Positions 1 through 9,372 of a DNA stretch of 64,000 nt are shown piece by piece. The first letter of the stretch is position 1. The number at the start of each line of letters is the position of its first letter. Source of the DNA: Planctomycetota bacterium (GTDB taxonomy: Bacteria > Planctomycetota > GCA-002687715 > CAIWVZ01); contig JBGANV010000006.1 in assembly GCA_044222185.1 (NCBI GenBank), positions 128,001 to 192,000 of the forward strand, in the 5' to 3' direction. A program made the translations under genes and the position numbers. The notes below the pieces were generated by a model. That model was not told the DNA's origin and ran no database searches. It saw only the letters and a program-made list of their open reading frames with translations.

Positions 1-1
1 C

Positions 2-202
2 AGCCGGGCGCAGGCCGAGAGCCTGGTTCGATTCCTGGTGGGGCTTGGGCGGGAGAAATTTGGCGTCTTCCTGGACGGGATCCGAAACGCCCGAGCGAAC
101 CGGCCCGTGGAGCTCGCGTTCCGGGACGCGCTCAAGGCCGCCTACGGGGAGGACTCCGTGGCGGTACGGGGAGCGTGGGAGTCGTGGGTCCGGCAGCCGT
201 GA
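2..202 (+). CDS. Partial CDS (3' end), helical C-terminus resembling peptidase MA-like/DUF1570 proteins
   Basis: Frame 2 is open from the window edge to TGA at 200-202: SRAQAESLVRFLVGLGREKF...ALKAAYGEDSVAVRGAWESWVRQP. The pattern resembles the end of gluzincin-like domains (compare 51287..52612). Confidence 0.55.
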   Translation, partial: SRAQAESLVRFLVGLGREKFGVFLDGIRNARANRPVELAFRDALKAAYGEDSVAVRGAWESWVRQP

Positions 203-475
203 GTCGAGCCTAAGCCGTTCGTTGCGAGGAGGATGCGCCGCGGCGACGCGGCGCCCGGGGGCGCCCGGCCGGCGCGCGGCGCGTGGGAAAGTCCGGGATG
301 ACTGCCTTGCGAGGCCGTCGCACCCCCGATATTCAGGGCGTTCGATGGTTTGGCCGGGTGTGGAATCGGTGTGGAAAACCGAGTCTGCGCCAGGTTCGCT
401 GCGCGGGCCCGCCCACGCGCTCACTCCGCATCCGCGGAGCGCGCGCGGGCGGCGCGCACGGAATGAAGACCCTGA

Positions 476-1186
476 ATGAGGAAGTTGCGGGTTTCGTTGG
501 TCCTGTCGCTGGCCGCCGCGTCGGTCGGACTCGTCGGCTGCGAGACGGCGGAGACGTCGGCTGCGCGTCACGCGAGCGGTCCGCGGTTCCCGGAGCCGTC
601 GACGGAGACCGCGGCGGTGCCTGCTGGACCCGTGGCCGACCCGCCTGCAGAAACGCCCTTCGTGAACTCGTTCGAAGAGCGACCTCAGCCTGCGCTCCGG
701 CGGCCCACCATGACGAGTGACGCCGGCCGGGAGTTCATCAAACAGCAGGAGGGGCTACGGCTGCGAGCGTATCGCGACGTGTCAGGTGCCACGACGATCG
801 GGTGGGGACACCGGGTCCTTCCCGGAGAACGGCGGCGGAGCGTCACTCGGTGGGAGGCCGACCAGATCTTCAGCCGCGACATCGTGATCGCCGAGGCCGC
901 CGTGCGCGACGGCGTGAGCCAGTCGGTGCTTCTCACCCAGGGCCAGTTCGACGCCCTCGTGAGTTTCGTATTCAACGTGGGACCGACGGCTTTTCGCAAC
1001 TCGACGCTGCTTCTGGCCGTGAACCGGTCGGACTTCGACCGCGCCAAATCCGAATTCAAGCGCTGGACGGGTGCGGGCGCGCGCTCGCGCCATGCGGGGC
1101 TCGCCGAGCGCCGTGAGCGTGAGGCCGAGATGTTCGACACGGACGGCGAAACGACCGCCGAATCGCCCCGCACGGCGTCACCGTGA
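476..1186 (+). CDS. Lipoprotein lysozyme, GH24 (phage T4/RrrD-type muramidase)
   Basis: Lipobox LVG-C after a basic/hydrophobic signal, then a Pro/Ala linker. Catalytic E-x8-D-x5-T in EGLRLRAYRDVSGATTIGWGH; also QFDALVSFVFNVG, STLL and GLAERREREAEMF. Confidence 0.93.
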   Translation: MRKLRVSLVLSLAAASVGLVGCETAETSAARHASGPRFPEPSTETAAVPAGPVADPPAETPFVNSFEERPQPALRRPTMTSDAGREFIKQQEGLRLRAYRDVSGATTIGWGHRVLPGERRRSVTRWEADQIFSRDIVIAEAAVRDGVSQSVLLTQGQFDALVSFVFNVGPTAFRNSTLLLAVNRSDFDRAKSEFKRWTGAGARSRHAGLAERREREAEMFDTDGETTAESPRTASP

Positions 1187-1266
1187 CAAGATCCGCCGCT
1201 CGGATGCGGCGATTTGGGAACCCCGGCGATCACGGACCGTCCAACGTCGGCCTGGTTGCAACCCCG

Positions 1267-1857
1267 ATGAATACCCTCACACGTGTGTCGTTGACGATCG
1301 TCGCCCTGCTCATCGTCCCCGCAGTCGCGGCAGCCCAGACTCCTGAGTCGCGACCGGCATCGGTGGCCGACAAAGTCACGTTCGAGCTGCTCCCCGTCAC
1401 GCCCGAGAGCCGTCCGACGGACTCACGGAGACCGCCTCCCATCGCCGTGATCCGCATCACCAACAAGAACCCGGTGGCCGTGACGCTCTGGCCGTTCGCG
1501 GCACTCGAGATCAAGAATGCGAAGGGCGAGATCCAGAAGCCGTCGTCCAATCGCGGCCGATTCGGTCGGCGCCGCCAGGCATGCTTCCTCGAAGCGGTGA
1601 ACTTCGTGACGGTCCAGCCTGGGAAGTCGATCGACTGGCCGGTCGTACTGGACTTGTACACTCACGACCCCGCGTCCCTCGTCGGCTGGAAGCTCGCCCC
1701 GGGTGACTACACGCTTTTCGTGCACTACGGCTACGACCGCGCCGGCTTCGTCGCTCGTTGCAAGCTGGGATGCGAGAGCCACGAGGACGGCTCCCGCGGC
1801 TGGAACACGGCCCTCGAGCTGATCCGTGACGCCACGCTGAAGGTCACGGTCAAGTAG
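1267..1857 (+). CDS. Secreted hypothetical protein (beta-sandwich-like)
   Basis: ATG 1267 with Sec signal MNTLTRVSLTIVALLIVPAVAAA-Q; Ig-like strand pattern (IRITN...VTVQPGKS...LAPGDYTLFVHY). Confidence 0.7.
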   Translation: MNTLTRVSLTIVALLIVPAVAAAQTPESRPASVADKVTFELLPVTPESRPTDSRRPPPIAVIRITNKNPVAVTLWPFAALEIKNAKGEIQKPSSNRGRFGRRRQACFLEAVNFVTVQPGKSIDWPVVLDLYTHDPASLVGWKLAPGDYTLFVHYGYDRAGFVARCKLGCESHEDGSRGWNTALELIRDATLKVTVK

Positions 1858-2007
1858 GCGCTGCCGGGCGTTCGGCGCGAATCGTGGGGGCCTTCTGGCC
1901 GGCGTCCGCACCCGCCGTCGCCCCATTGCTGAGTGCCGCCCGCCGGCGCTCGTCGTAGCGTGCGCTCGGAACCCGTCGTGCCGGCGGAGTTCCAGGAGCC
2001 CGAGCCC

Positions 2008-3519
2008 ATGTCGCCATCCGTGCCGATCGCCGTCCTGCTGCTCGTCGGTGGAGCCGGTATCGCCCGATCGCAGGTCCCGGAGGCGATCCGCTTCGCGGAC
2101 GTCACGACCGACGCGGGTCTCGGAAGCATCAAGGCCCACGGCGTTGCCACCGGCGATTTCGACGGCGACGAGGCGCTCGACCTTCTGCTCGCCGGGCAGG
2201 AACGCATCTGGCTCTTCCGCAACGTCGGAAAGGGGAAGTTCGTCGACGTCACGGAGAAGGCCGGACTCGCCAAGGTCCGGAACACGCACACGGGCGGCGG
2301 CGCCTACTTCGTCGACTTCGACGACGATGGAGACCTGGACGTCTTCGTCGCGCCGCGCTTCATGCTTCAGAACACCAAGGGCCGGTTCGAGGACGTTTCG
2401 GAGAAGCTGGGCTTCAAGCCGAACGACGACCGGGCCGAGTCGGCTGCGTTCGGGGACTTCAACGGCGACGGACGGCCCGACATCGTCGTCGGGAGGATCG
2501 GTGTCGAAGGGGGCGACCCGTTCGCGGGCGGTCCGCTGCGCCTGTACGTCCGGGATCGCGCCGGCAAGTACCGGGAGTCGGCGAACGAGGTCCTCCAGGG
2601 GATGGAGAATCGCTGCACGCGCATTCCTGCGTGGTGCGACTACGACGGGGACGGCGACCTGGACTTGTACGTGGGCAGTTATCGCTGCTTCGCGGACTAC
2701 CTGTTCGAGAATCGGAACGGCAAGCTCGTGAACGTGGCGAAGGAGGCCGGCTTCCCGCAGACGCCGGGGCAGGCCGACGAGAACGAACACACGATCGGCG
2801 CCGTCTGGCTCGACTACGACGGCGACGGCGATTTCGACCTCTTTCATCACGCACAGCACACCCCACCGCGGCTCCATCGAAACGACGGCGGTGGGAAGTT
2901 CACCGAGGTCGGCAAGGCGGCCGGCGTGGCCGGTGAGACGACGGAACATCTCGGCGTGACCGTCGGCGACTTCGACGACGACGGATGGCCTGACCTCTTC
3001 TACACCGTCGAGCGCGAGGGCGAGTCGGGCAGCGTGCTCTTGCGGAACGACGGGGATGCCACGTTCTCGAACGTCACGGCGGAGTCGGGACTCGGCAAGG
3101 TGTGGGGATTCGGGACCGCGTGCGCCGACTTCGATGGCGATGGCGACCTCGATCTCCTCGTGACGAGCGAGGAGCACTCGGCGGACGGCAAGGGGCTTCA
3201 GGAGATCCACCTCTTCCGCAACGAGTCGGCGAGGACGGGCGCGTGGGCCGACGTTCGGCTGTCGCAGAAGCCGGGCAACCTCCTCGGCGTCGGCGCTCGC
3301 GTGGAGGTCGAAGCCGGTGGCCGCAAGATCGTCCAGCAGGTCGTGTGCGGAGACGGCTCGTTGTCCCAGCGGCCCATGACCCTCCACTTCGGACTGGGTT
3401 CGGCGACGAAGATCGATCGCGTCACGGTGACGTGGCCCGGCAACAAGAAAGAGGTCTTCAAGGACGTGAAGACGGGGCGGCTGAACACGCTCAAGCGCGG
3501 AGCGGGCGTGCCGGGTTGA
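2008..3519 (+). CDS. CRTAC1-family FG-GAP/VCBS repeat protein with ASPIC/UnbV C-terminal domain
   Basis: Signal peptide; multiple DxDGDGDxD repeats; C-terminal GVGARVEV...GSLSQRPMTLHFGLG...VTWP. Confidence 0.9.
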   Translation: MSPSVPIAVLLLVGGAGIARSQVPEAIRFADVTTDAGLGSIKAHGVATGDFDGDEALDLLLAGQERIWLFRNVGKGKFVDVTEKAGLAKVRNTHTGGGAYFVDFDDDGDLDVFVAPRFMLQNTKGRFEDVSEKLGFKPNDDRAESAAFGDFNGDGRPDIVVGRIGVEGGDPFAGGPLRLYVRDRAGKYRESANEVLQGMENRCTRIPAWCDYDGDGDLDLYVGSYRCFADYLFENRNGKLVNVAKEAGFPQTPGQADENEHTIGAVWLDYDGDGDFDLFHHAQHTPPRLHRNDGGGKFTEVGKAAGVAGETTEHLGVTVGDFDDDGWPDLFYTVEREGESGSVLLRNDGDATFSNVTAESGLGKVWGFGTACADFDGDGDLDLLVTSEEHSADGKGLQEIHLFRNESARTGAWADVRLSQKPGNLLGVGARVEVEAGGRKIVQQVVCGDGSLSQRPMTLHFGLGSATKIDRVTVTWPGNKKEVFKDVKTGRLNTLKRGAGVPG

Positions 3520-3549
3520 CCGCGGCGCCCCTGCGCGGAGGGGCTGGAC

Positions 3550-6186
3550 TCACTTCGGTCGCAGGCGTGCGCGGGCTGCGTCCAGTCGATCCTGTCCCAC
3601 GGTGACCGCGAAGGATTGGTTCGGCTCGTCGCGGACGTCGAGGATGCCGTCGGCGAGCCAATCGGCGAACAGGGGCGCTGCACCCGGTGGCTCGTACACG
3701 ACCTGCAGCCTCACGGAGAACCGACCGGGAACTCCGAGCGGGAACACCCAGCGACCGTCGTGATCGGGAGGTACGCCGTCCGACGGGCCGAAGAGCAGAT
3801 CCGTCGCGCTCAGCGACCACGGTGGAACCTGGCGGAACGCGAGCGAGGCCCGCAGCGATTCGCCGACGGCCAACGCGGGTACGGGATCACGGAGCGTCAC
3901 GGTGATCGCGAGCGGATCGGGGAGCGTGATCTTCACGTCGGACGTCACGCCTTCGAGGGTGACGGCTCGGTGGCCCGGAGCCATCGCGACGATCGTGGCG
4001 CCGCTGGCGCGGATGAGGAGGGAGGCGCCGTTCGACTGCGTTCGTGCCGGCCTTCGCCCCTCGCGGGATTCGGACGCGGCATGGCCGGGGATGACGTTCA
4101 CTCGGGCGCCGTCGATGGGCACGCCGGCCGAATCCACCACCGTGACCTGGATCCGCTTCAGCAGTCCTCGCGCGTCGATGGGGTCGAGCCGTGCGTCGCG
4201 ATTCACTCCGGGATTGCGCAGCTCGATTCCGTCGATGGTGACGAGCGGATCCGAGTCGTCTGCGGGCGTGACGGTCACCGTGGCCGTGCCAGGATGAACG
4301 GGCCACAGCGTGAAGGCGCCGCCACGGTCGAGCGGGAGGGCGAGTTGAGTGACGCCGGGCTCCTCGGCGCCACGCGCGTCATGACGCACGGCGATCCGCA
4401 CGCGAATGGCCTCGATCGGAACGTCGGGTTCGAGGACGACGCGCCCGTTCAGCCGGCAGCCCCGCGTGACGACGACCGTGAGGTCGGTGGCTCCGGCTTG
4501 AAACGTCACGGGTGTCTGATCCACGCTGTCACTGGACGACGCGCCGACGCGGAGCTCGCCCGCCAGACTGGGCGCATGGACCTCGAATCGTCCGCGGTCA
4601 TCAGCCGTGCGGCTGAGATCGAACAGCGTGCGCCAGTGCTCCGGCTGACCGTCCGTCGTGGGCTCGGCCTGGGAGAACGTCAGCGATGCCGAGGGGATCG
4701 GCGCGCCCGTCTCGTCGACGACCACGCCGCGCGCCACCAGCGGAAGCGGCGTGAGGAGGAGCGTGCCGAGGTTCGCACCCTTCTGACCCGCGTCAGCTGG
4801 AAGCGGAGCGCGTGCCAGAGTGCGGAGGTCGCGGACACCCTCCCACTGACCGAGTTGGAGCCAGAGATCCGCGTCGGGTCCGGCGTCGCGAACGGGAATC
4901 GCGAACGAACCCTCGTCGTCGGTCAGCACGGGCCAGAAGACCTGGTTGGTGTCCTTCGGAGCGCCGCGAGCGATGTCGTAGACGAGTCGCGTGCGGACGA
5001 GGGGTGAGCCGCGATCGTCGAAGGCGCGAGCGCGTACGGTGGGGAACGGCTCGCCTGCATTCAGATCGATGGTCACCGTCTCGGCGGCCTTCGATGGGCC
5101 GTCGGCCTTGATCGCACCCGTGGATCGGAGCGCGATCGTCGAGGCTTCGACGACGAGATGGCTTCCGATGGGGATGGACGTGAACGTCGCGACGCCATCG
5201 TCTCCCGTGAGCCGGCGCGTGGCACGGATTGCCGGCGATTCCTCCGCACGCAGCGCCACGATGACGTCGGGGATCGGTCCGCTCGCTCCGCGAACGACGA
5301 CTCGGGCCTGGCCCAGGGCTGGCGAGGTCAGCGTGACGTCGCCGACGAGTTGGGCGAGCGTCTTCACGTCCATGCGAACCGTGGGCGGACTGGGGAAGTC
5401 GAGGGCGATCCCCAGGGATGCCGTCGCCGGGACCGCCGACGCCAGACGATCGAGGTTGTGGAACGTGGCGACTCCGTCCGGTGCGACGGATCTGGCTCGC
5501 GCGAAGATCTCGTCGCGACGTCGTTCATCGGGGTTGCGATCGTCGCGCCACGTGGCCACGACCTCCGCACCGTGGATCGGTTTGCCGTCCGGATCCACGA
5601 CGCGGACGCGAAGGGACGTGTCGGGCCTGAGTCGGAGCGTGACCGTGCGGTCGCTCGATGCGTACCAGAACGCGAAGTCGTGGCGTGAGCCCGATCGAGC
5701 GAAGAGCGTTCCCGTGGCGCCGCCGAGCTTGATGCGCACGGTGCCGTCGGGGCCGGTCTTCACGTGGCGTCCGCGGTTTTGGATGCGCGCGAACAGGTCG
5801 GGGTTCGCGGGCGTGCTCGATGCGCCGACCGACTCCTCCCGGTCTGCGACGTACTTCTCGATCCAAACGTCCGCACCGGCGACGGGCGCATTCGTGTCCC
5901 GTTCCACGACGCAGACGAGGAGGCCCTGGGCCGGGTCCGTCTCGATGGCCGACTCGTCGACGTCGTGGAATGGTTCGACGGCGACCGGCCGTGTCCCCGA
6001 CACCGGCGCCCGCACGGAGCTCGCCGCCGATTCGGCGGTCGGTGTGGGTTCGTCGTTCGGCCGGGCGATCGGCGTCTCGCCCCGCTCCTGGATCAACCAC
6101 GCGGCGCTGCCTCCAACTACCGCGAGCGCCGCGATGACGGCCATCGCCACCCGTCGCCGCGTTCCGCGTCCGCTGCCCATCATCAT
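3550..6186 (-). CDS. Membrane-anchored carboxypeptidase regulatory-like (Ig-like) repeat protein
   Basis: N-terminal TM helix, Pro-rich linker, repeated V-V-D-xxG-x-P-(I/V)-x-G-A-x-V and T-D-xx-G-x-F motifs. The ORF-track extension to 6621 runs into the tandem repeat and is discarded. Confidence 0.8.
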   Translation of the reverse strand: MMMGSGRGTRRRVAMAVIAALAVVGGSAAWLIQERGETPIARPNDEPTPTAESAASSVRAPVSGTRPVAVEPFHDVDESAIETDPAQGLLVCVVERDTNAPVAGADVWIEKYVADREESVGASSTPANPDLFARIQNRGRHVKTGPDGTVRIKLGGATGTLFARSGSRHDFAFWYASSDRTVTLRLRPDTSLRVRVVDPDGKPIHGAEVVATWRDDRNPDERRRDEIFARARSVAPDGVATFHNLDRLASAVPATASLGIALDFPSPPTVRMDVKTLAQLVGDVTLTSPALGQARVVVRGASGPIPDVIVALRAEESPAIRATRRLTGDDGVATFTSIPIGSHLVVEASTIALRSTGAIKADGPSKAAETVTIDLNAGEPFPTVRARAFDDRGSPLVRTRLVYDIARGAPKDTNQVFWPVLTDDEGSFAIPVRDAGPDADLWLQLGQWEGVRDLRTLARAPLPADAGQKGANLGTLLLTPLPLVARGVVVDETGAPIPSASLTFSQAEPTTDGQPEHWRTLFDLSRTADDRGRFEVHAPSLAGELRVGASSSDSVDQTPVTFQAGATDLTVVVTRGCRLNGRVVLEPDVPIEAIRVRIAVRHDARGAEEPGVTQLALPLDRGGAFTLWPVHPGTATVTVTPADDSDPLVTIDGIELRNPGVNRDARLDPIDARGLLKRIQVTVVDSAGVPIDGARVNVIPGHAASESREGRRPARTQSNGASLLIRASGATIVAMAPGHRAVTLEGVTSDVKITLPDPLAITVTLRDPVPALAVGESLRASLAFRQVPPWSLSATDLLFGPSDGVPPDHDGRWVFPLGVPGRFSVRLQVVYEPPGAAPLFADWLADGILDVRDEPNQSFAVTVGQDRLDAARARLRPK

Positions 6187-6260
6187 CGCGACGATTGTAA
6201 TGACCGCGCCGCGCCCGACCGGCGCGCATCGCCCCTGTGAGTCCTGCGCCGCCCGACTTT

Positions 6261-6950
6261 CGCGAGCCCGGAGGCCTCGTTTTTCGGCGGGAGCGCCGGG
6301 CTCTTGCCCGGCCGGATGGGCAGGCTCTGCCTGCCCGCGGTCCCGCGACGAGTGCCGTTCGCGAGGAATGCACCACCGCGTTCGCGCGAGCCCGGAGGTC
6401 TCGCGGTCCGGCCGGAGCGCCGGGCTCTCGCCCGGCCGGATGGGCAGGCTCCGCCTGCCCGCGGTCGCGCGACGAGTGCTGTTCGCGAGGAATGCACCGC
6501 CGCGTTCGCGCGAGCCCGGAGGTCTCGCGGTCCGGCCGGAGCGCCGGGCTCTCGCCCGACCGGATGGGCAGGCTCTGCCTGCCCGCGGTCCCGCGACGAG
6601 TGCCGTTCGCGAGGAATGCACCGCCGCGTTCGCGCGAGCCCGGAGGTCTCGCGGTCCGGCCGGAGCGCCGGGCTCTCGCCCGGCCGGATGGGCAGGCTCT
6701 GCCTGCCCGCGGTCCCGCGACGAGTGCTGTTCGCAAGGAATGCACCACCGCGTTCGCGCGAGCCCGGAGGTCTCGCGGTCCGGCCGGAGCGCCGGGCTCT
6801 TGCCCGGCCGGATGGGCAGGCTCTGCCTGCCCGCGGTCCCGCGACGAGTGCCGTTCGCGAGGAATGCACCGCCGCGTTCGCGCGAGCCCAGAGGTCTCGC
6901 GATCCGGCCGCGGTGGACCGCGGCGCTCCGGCCGAATGGGCAGGCTGCGC
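6261..6950. repeat. Tandem array of five near-identical 124-bp REP-like double-hairpin units plus degenerate flanks
   Basis: GAGCGCCGGGCTC recurs at 6291, 6415, 6539, 6663 and 6787 (period 124). Each unit has hairpins CCGGGC-TCTY-GCCCGG and GGGCAGGC-TCY-GCCTGCCC. Confidence 0.95.
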
Positions 6951-6976
6951 CCGTGCGCTTCCAGCGCGAACCGCCC

Positions 6977-8146
6977 TCAGCGGATCGTTCGCTCGAAAAG
7001 CGCCTTCAGCCCGCGGGCGGTGTCGTCCCAGCTGAAGCGCTCGGCGTAGCGGCGCGTGGCGGCGCGGTCGGGTGGGGAGGCGAAGAGGTCGCGCGCGGCG
7101 GCGGCGATGGCCGCGGCGGATCGTGCGTGCGTCAGCAGGCCGGACTCGCGGGTCGTCACGACCTCGGGAGTGCCCCAGATGTTGGTGGCGACGACGGGCG
7201 TGCCGCACGCCATGGACTCGAGCAGGACGTTGGCCCAGCCCTCGCGATCGGAGGCGAGCACGAGCGCATCGGCAGCACCGTAGTGGACGCGCAGTTCGTC
7301 CTGGGTGAGGCGCCCGAGGAACCGGACACGATCGTGGACGCCCGTGGATGAAGCGAGTGCGCGCAGCCGCGCGTCTTCCTCGCCCGTGCCGGCGATCAGC
7401 AGATCGAACCCGGCGAGCTCGGCGAGCGCTTGGATCACGAGATCGTGGCCCTTGCGAGGAATCAGGTGGCCGACGGAAATCAGCGTGAGCCGCGTGAGGC
7501 CGAGCTTCGCCCGATCGGCGACGCGATCCGTCGGCGGGTGGAAAAGCTCCAGGTCGACGCCATTGCGCAGCACGGTGACCCGGTCAGCGGGCGTCCCCAG
7601 CTCGACGAGCGTGTCCTTCAGCGCCTGACACACGGTGACGAGGCACGCGGCCTCCTTCGCCGCCCGCTGGATCATCCGCCGCGGAAGCCGGAACTGCGGG
7701 ATGAGATTCAGATCGGTGCCGCGAGCCGTGATCGACACGGGTTTCTTCAGCGCGCGTCCGATCATCACGGCCGCGACGCCGTCGGGGTAGAAGTACTGCG
7801 CGTCGATCAGGTCGAAGTCGAACCCGTCGGCGATGAGGCGTTCGAACACGGGCCGGACGCTGCGGGCGAGCAGGTAGGGCTGGGTCGTCATCCCGATCTT
7901 GGGGATCGTCGGGAAGCGGGGATGCAAGACGTCGATGCCGTGTCGCGTTTCTCGCGGCGCCACCTTCGCCAGCGCGGCGTAGTCACCGAACACCCGGTGG
8001 GTGAGGGGAAACCACGGCACGGGAGCGATCACCCGCGCCTCCACGCCGCCCTGCTTCAACAACTGCCGCAGCCGATGCTCGACGAACACGCCGTGGTAGG
8101 GCCGCGTCGCGTCGGGATAGAGCGTCCCGAAAGTGACGATCTTCAT
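6977..8146 (-). CDS. Glycosyltransferase family 4
   Basis: MKIVTFGTLYP...; GT-B C-terminal motif SDREGWANVLLESMACGTPVV; ATGA overlap with the upstream GT. Confidence 0.92.
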   Translation of the reverse strand: MKIVTFGTLYPDATRPYHGVFVEHRLRQLLKQGGVEARVIAPVPWFPLTHRVFGDYAALAKVAPRETRHGIDVLHPRFPTIPKIGMTTQPYLLARSVRPVFERLIADGFDFDLIDAQYFYPDGVAAVMIGRALKKPVSITARGTDLNLIPQFRLPRRMIQRAAKEAACLVTVCQALKDTLVELGTPADRVTVLRNGVDLELFHPPTDRVADRAKLGLTRLTLISVGHLIPRKGHDLVIQALAELAGFDLLIAGTGEEDARLRALASSTGVHDRVRFLGRLTQDELRVHYGAADALVLASDREGWANVLLESMACGTPVVATNIWGTPEVVTTRESGLLTHARSAAAIAAAARDLFASPPDRAATRRYAERFSWDDTARGLKALFERTIR

Positions 8147-9366
8147 CCGACGGCGACCGGAGCGGGCCTGGTCAGCGATTCGTAGACCGGCACGTAACGC
8201 GCCACGCTGCTCTGCCACGTCCGCTCGTGCTCGACGAACTCACGGCCCGCCGTGCGCAACGCGGGCCATCGGTCGCGCGTCAACAGCAGATCGACGACGG
8301 CCTGTGCGAGCGCGCCATCGTCACCCGCCTTGAACAACACTCCCGTGACCCCGTCGCGGATGAGTTCCTTGTGCCCGCCGACGTCCGACGCGACGAACAC
8401 GCGTCCCTGCGCCATCGCCTCCAGCGGCTTCAGCGGTGTGACGAGTTCCGTCAGCCGCATGGACAAGCGCGGATAGCACAGGACGTCGATGAGGTCGTAG
8501 TAGCGCTTGACGTCCTGGTGGTCGACGCGCCCGATGAACAGCACGGCGGCATCCAGCCCCAACGCGTTCACCTGGGTGCGAAGCTCGGGCTCATCGGGTC
8601 CGCCACCCACGAGGAGCACGCGGATGTCCGGCACCCGCGCCCGGATCTGCGGCAGCGCCTTCACGAGCAGGGTGAGCCCTTCGTAGGCGTAGAACGAACC
8701 GATGAAGCCGATCACCGGCTGGCCCGCCACTCCCAGGCGCATGGCGAGCGCGCGATCGGGAACGCCGGCCACCTGGAACTGCGAGACGTCGACGGCGTTC
8801 GGGATGACGGTGACCTTCGAGTCGGCGATGCCGCGGCTGACGATGTCCTGCCGCAACCCCTCGCAGATCGTGAACACGTGATCGACCTGGCGCAGCGCCC
8901 GCGTCTCGAGCGCGCGCGTGGCCCGGTATCGCGGACCCCACTCGCGGCTCGTGCCGTGGTCGACGGCCGCGTCTTCCCAGAACGCACGCACTTCGTAGAC
9001 GACGGGAATGCCGACCGATCGCGCCACGCGGATCGCCGGATGCGCGTTCAGCGCGGGCGAGTGCGCATGGATGACGTCGGGTTTGACGATCGCGACGACT
9101 TCGCGCAGGCGGCGCTCGACCGCGTTCATGAGCGCGAACTCCTTCATCACGGGCAGCCGCGAGCCGAGCCCCGTGGGCGCTCGCGTCCGATAGAAGTGGA
9201 AGCCGTCGACGGTCTCGTCCGCGCCGCAGGGCGCCGTGTGCTTGGGCGTCGTGAGGTGGAACGTCTCGATGCCGAGCTTTCGCTGCTCACGCAGGATCGA
9301 CAGCGTGCGGAACGTGTATCCGGAGTGCAGCGGAATGGAGTGATCGAGAACGTGTAGGACTCGCAT
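8143..9366 (-). CDS. Glycosyltransferase GT4, PEP-CTERM/exosortase A-associated type (TIGR04063-like)
   Basis: MRVLHVLDHSIPLHSGYTFRT..., YEVRAFWEDAAVDHG, RLTELVTPLKPLEAMA. Confidence 0.88.
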   Translation of the reverse strand: MRVLHVLDHSIPLHSGYTFRTLSILREQRKLGIETFHLTTPKHTAPCGADETVDGFHFYRTRAPTGLGSRLPVMKEFALMNAVERRLREVVAIVKPDVIHAHSPALNAHPAIRVARSVGIPVVYEVRAFWEDAAVDHGTSREWGPRYRATRALETRALRQVDHVFTICEGLRQDIVSRGIADSKVTVIPNAVDVSQFQVAGVPDRALAMRLGVAGQPVIGFIGSFYAYEGLTLLVKALPQIRARVPDIRVLLVGGGPDEPELRTQVNALGLDAAVLFIGRVDHQDVKRYYDLIDVLCYPRLSMRLTELVTPLKPLEAMAQGRVFVASDVGGHKELIRDGVTGVLFKAGDDGALAQAVVDLLLTRDRWPALRTAGREFVEHERTWQSSVARYVPVYESLTRPAPVAVG

Positions 9367-9372
9367 GACGCG

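Noticed and set aside
210-300. RNase P RNA-like words (GGAAAGTCCGGG at 286-297; CGGCTTA on the minus strand near 211-217)
   Set aside because: The two words are on opposite strands and the other conserved RNase P regions are absent.
476-1186. Prophage lysis cassette
   Set aside because: No holin, spanin, structural or integrase genes, and the enzyme carries a lipoprotein signal.
6261-6950. CRISPR or guide-RNA array interpretation of the 124-bp repeats
   Set aside because: Units are near-identical along their whole length with no unique spacers, and no cas or other nuclease gene is adjacent.
4991-7351. Long ORFs crossing the tandem array (4991..7351+, 5525..6748-, 6183..7208-, 6237..7049+)
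   Set aside because: Arg/Pro/Ala-rich translations of a stop-poor GC-rich repeat whose period (124) is not a multiple of 3; they overlap well-supported genes.
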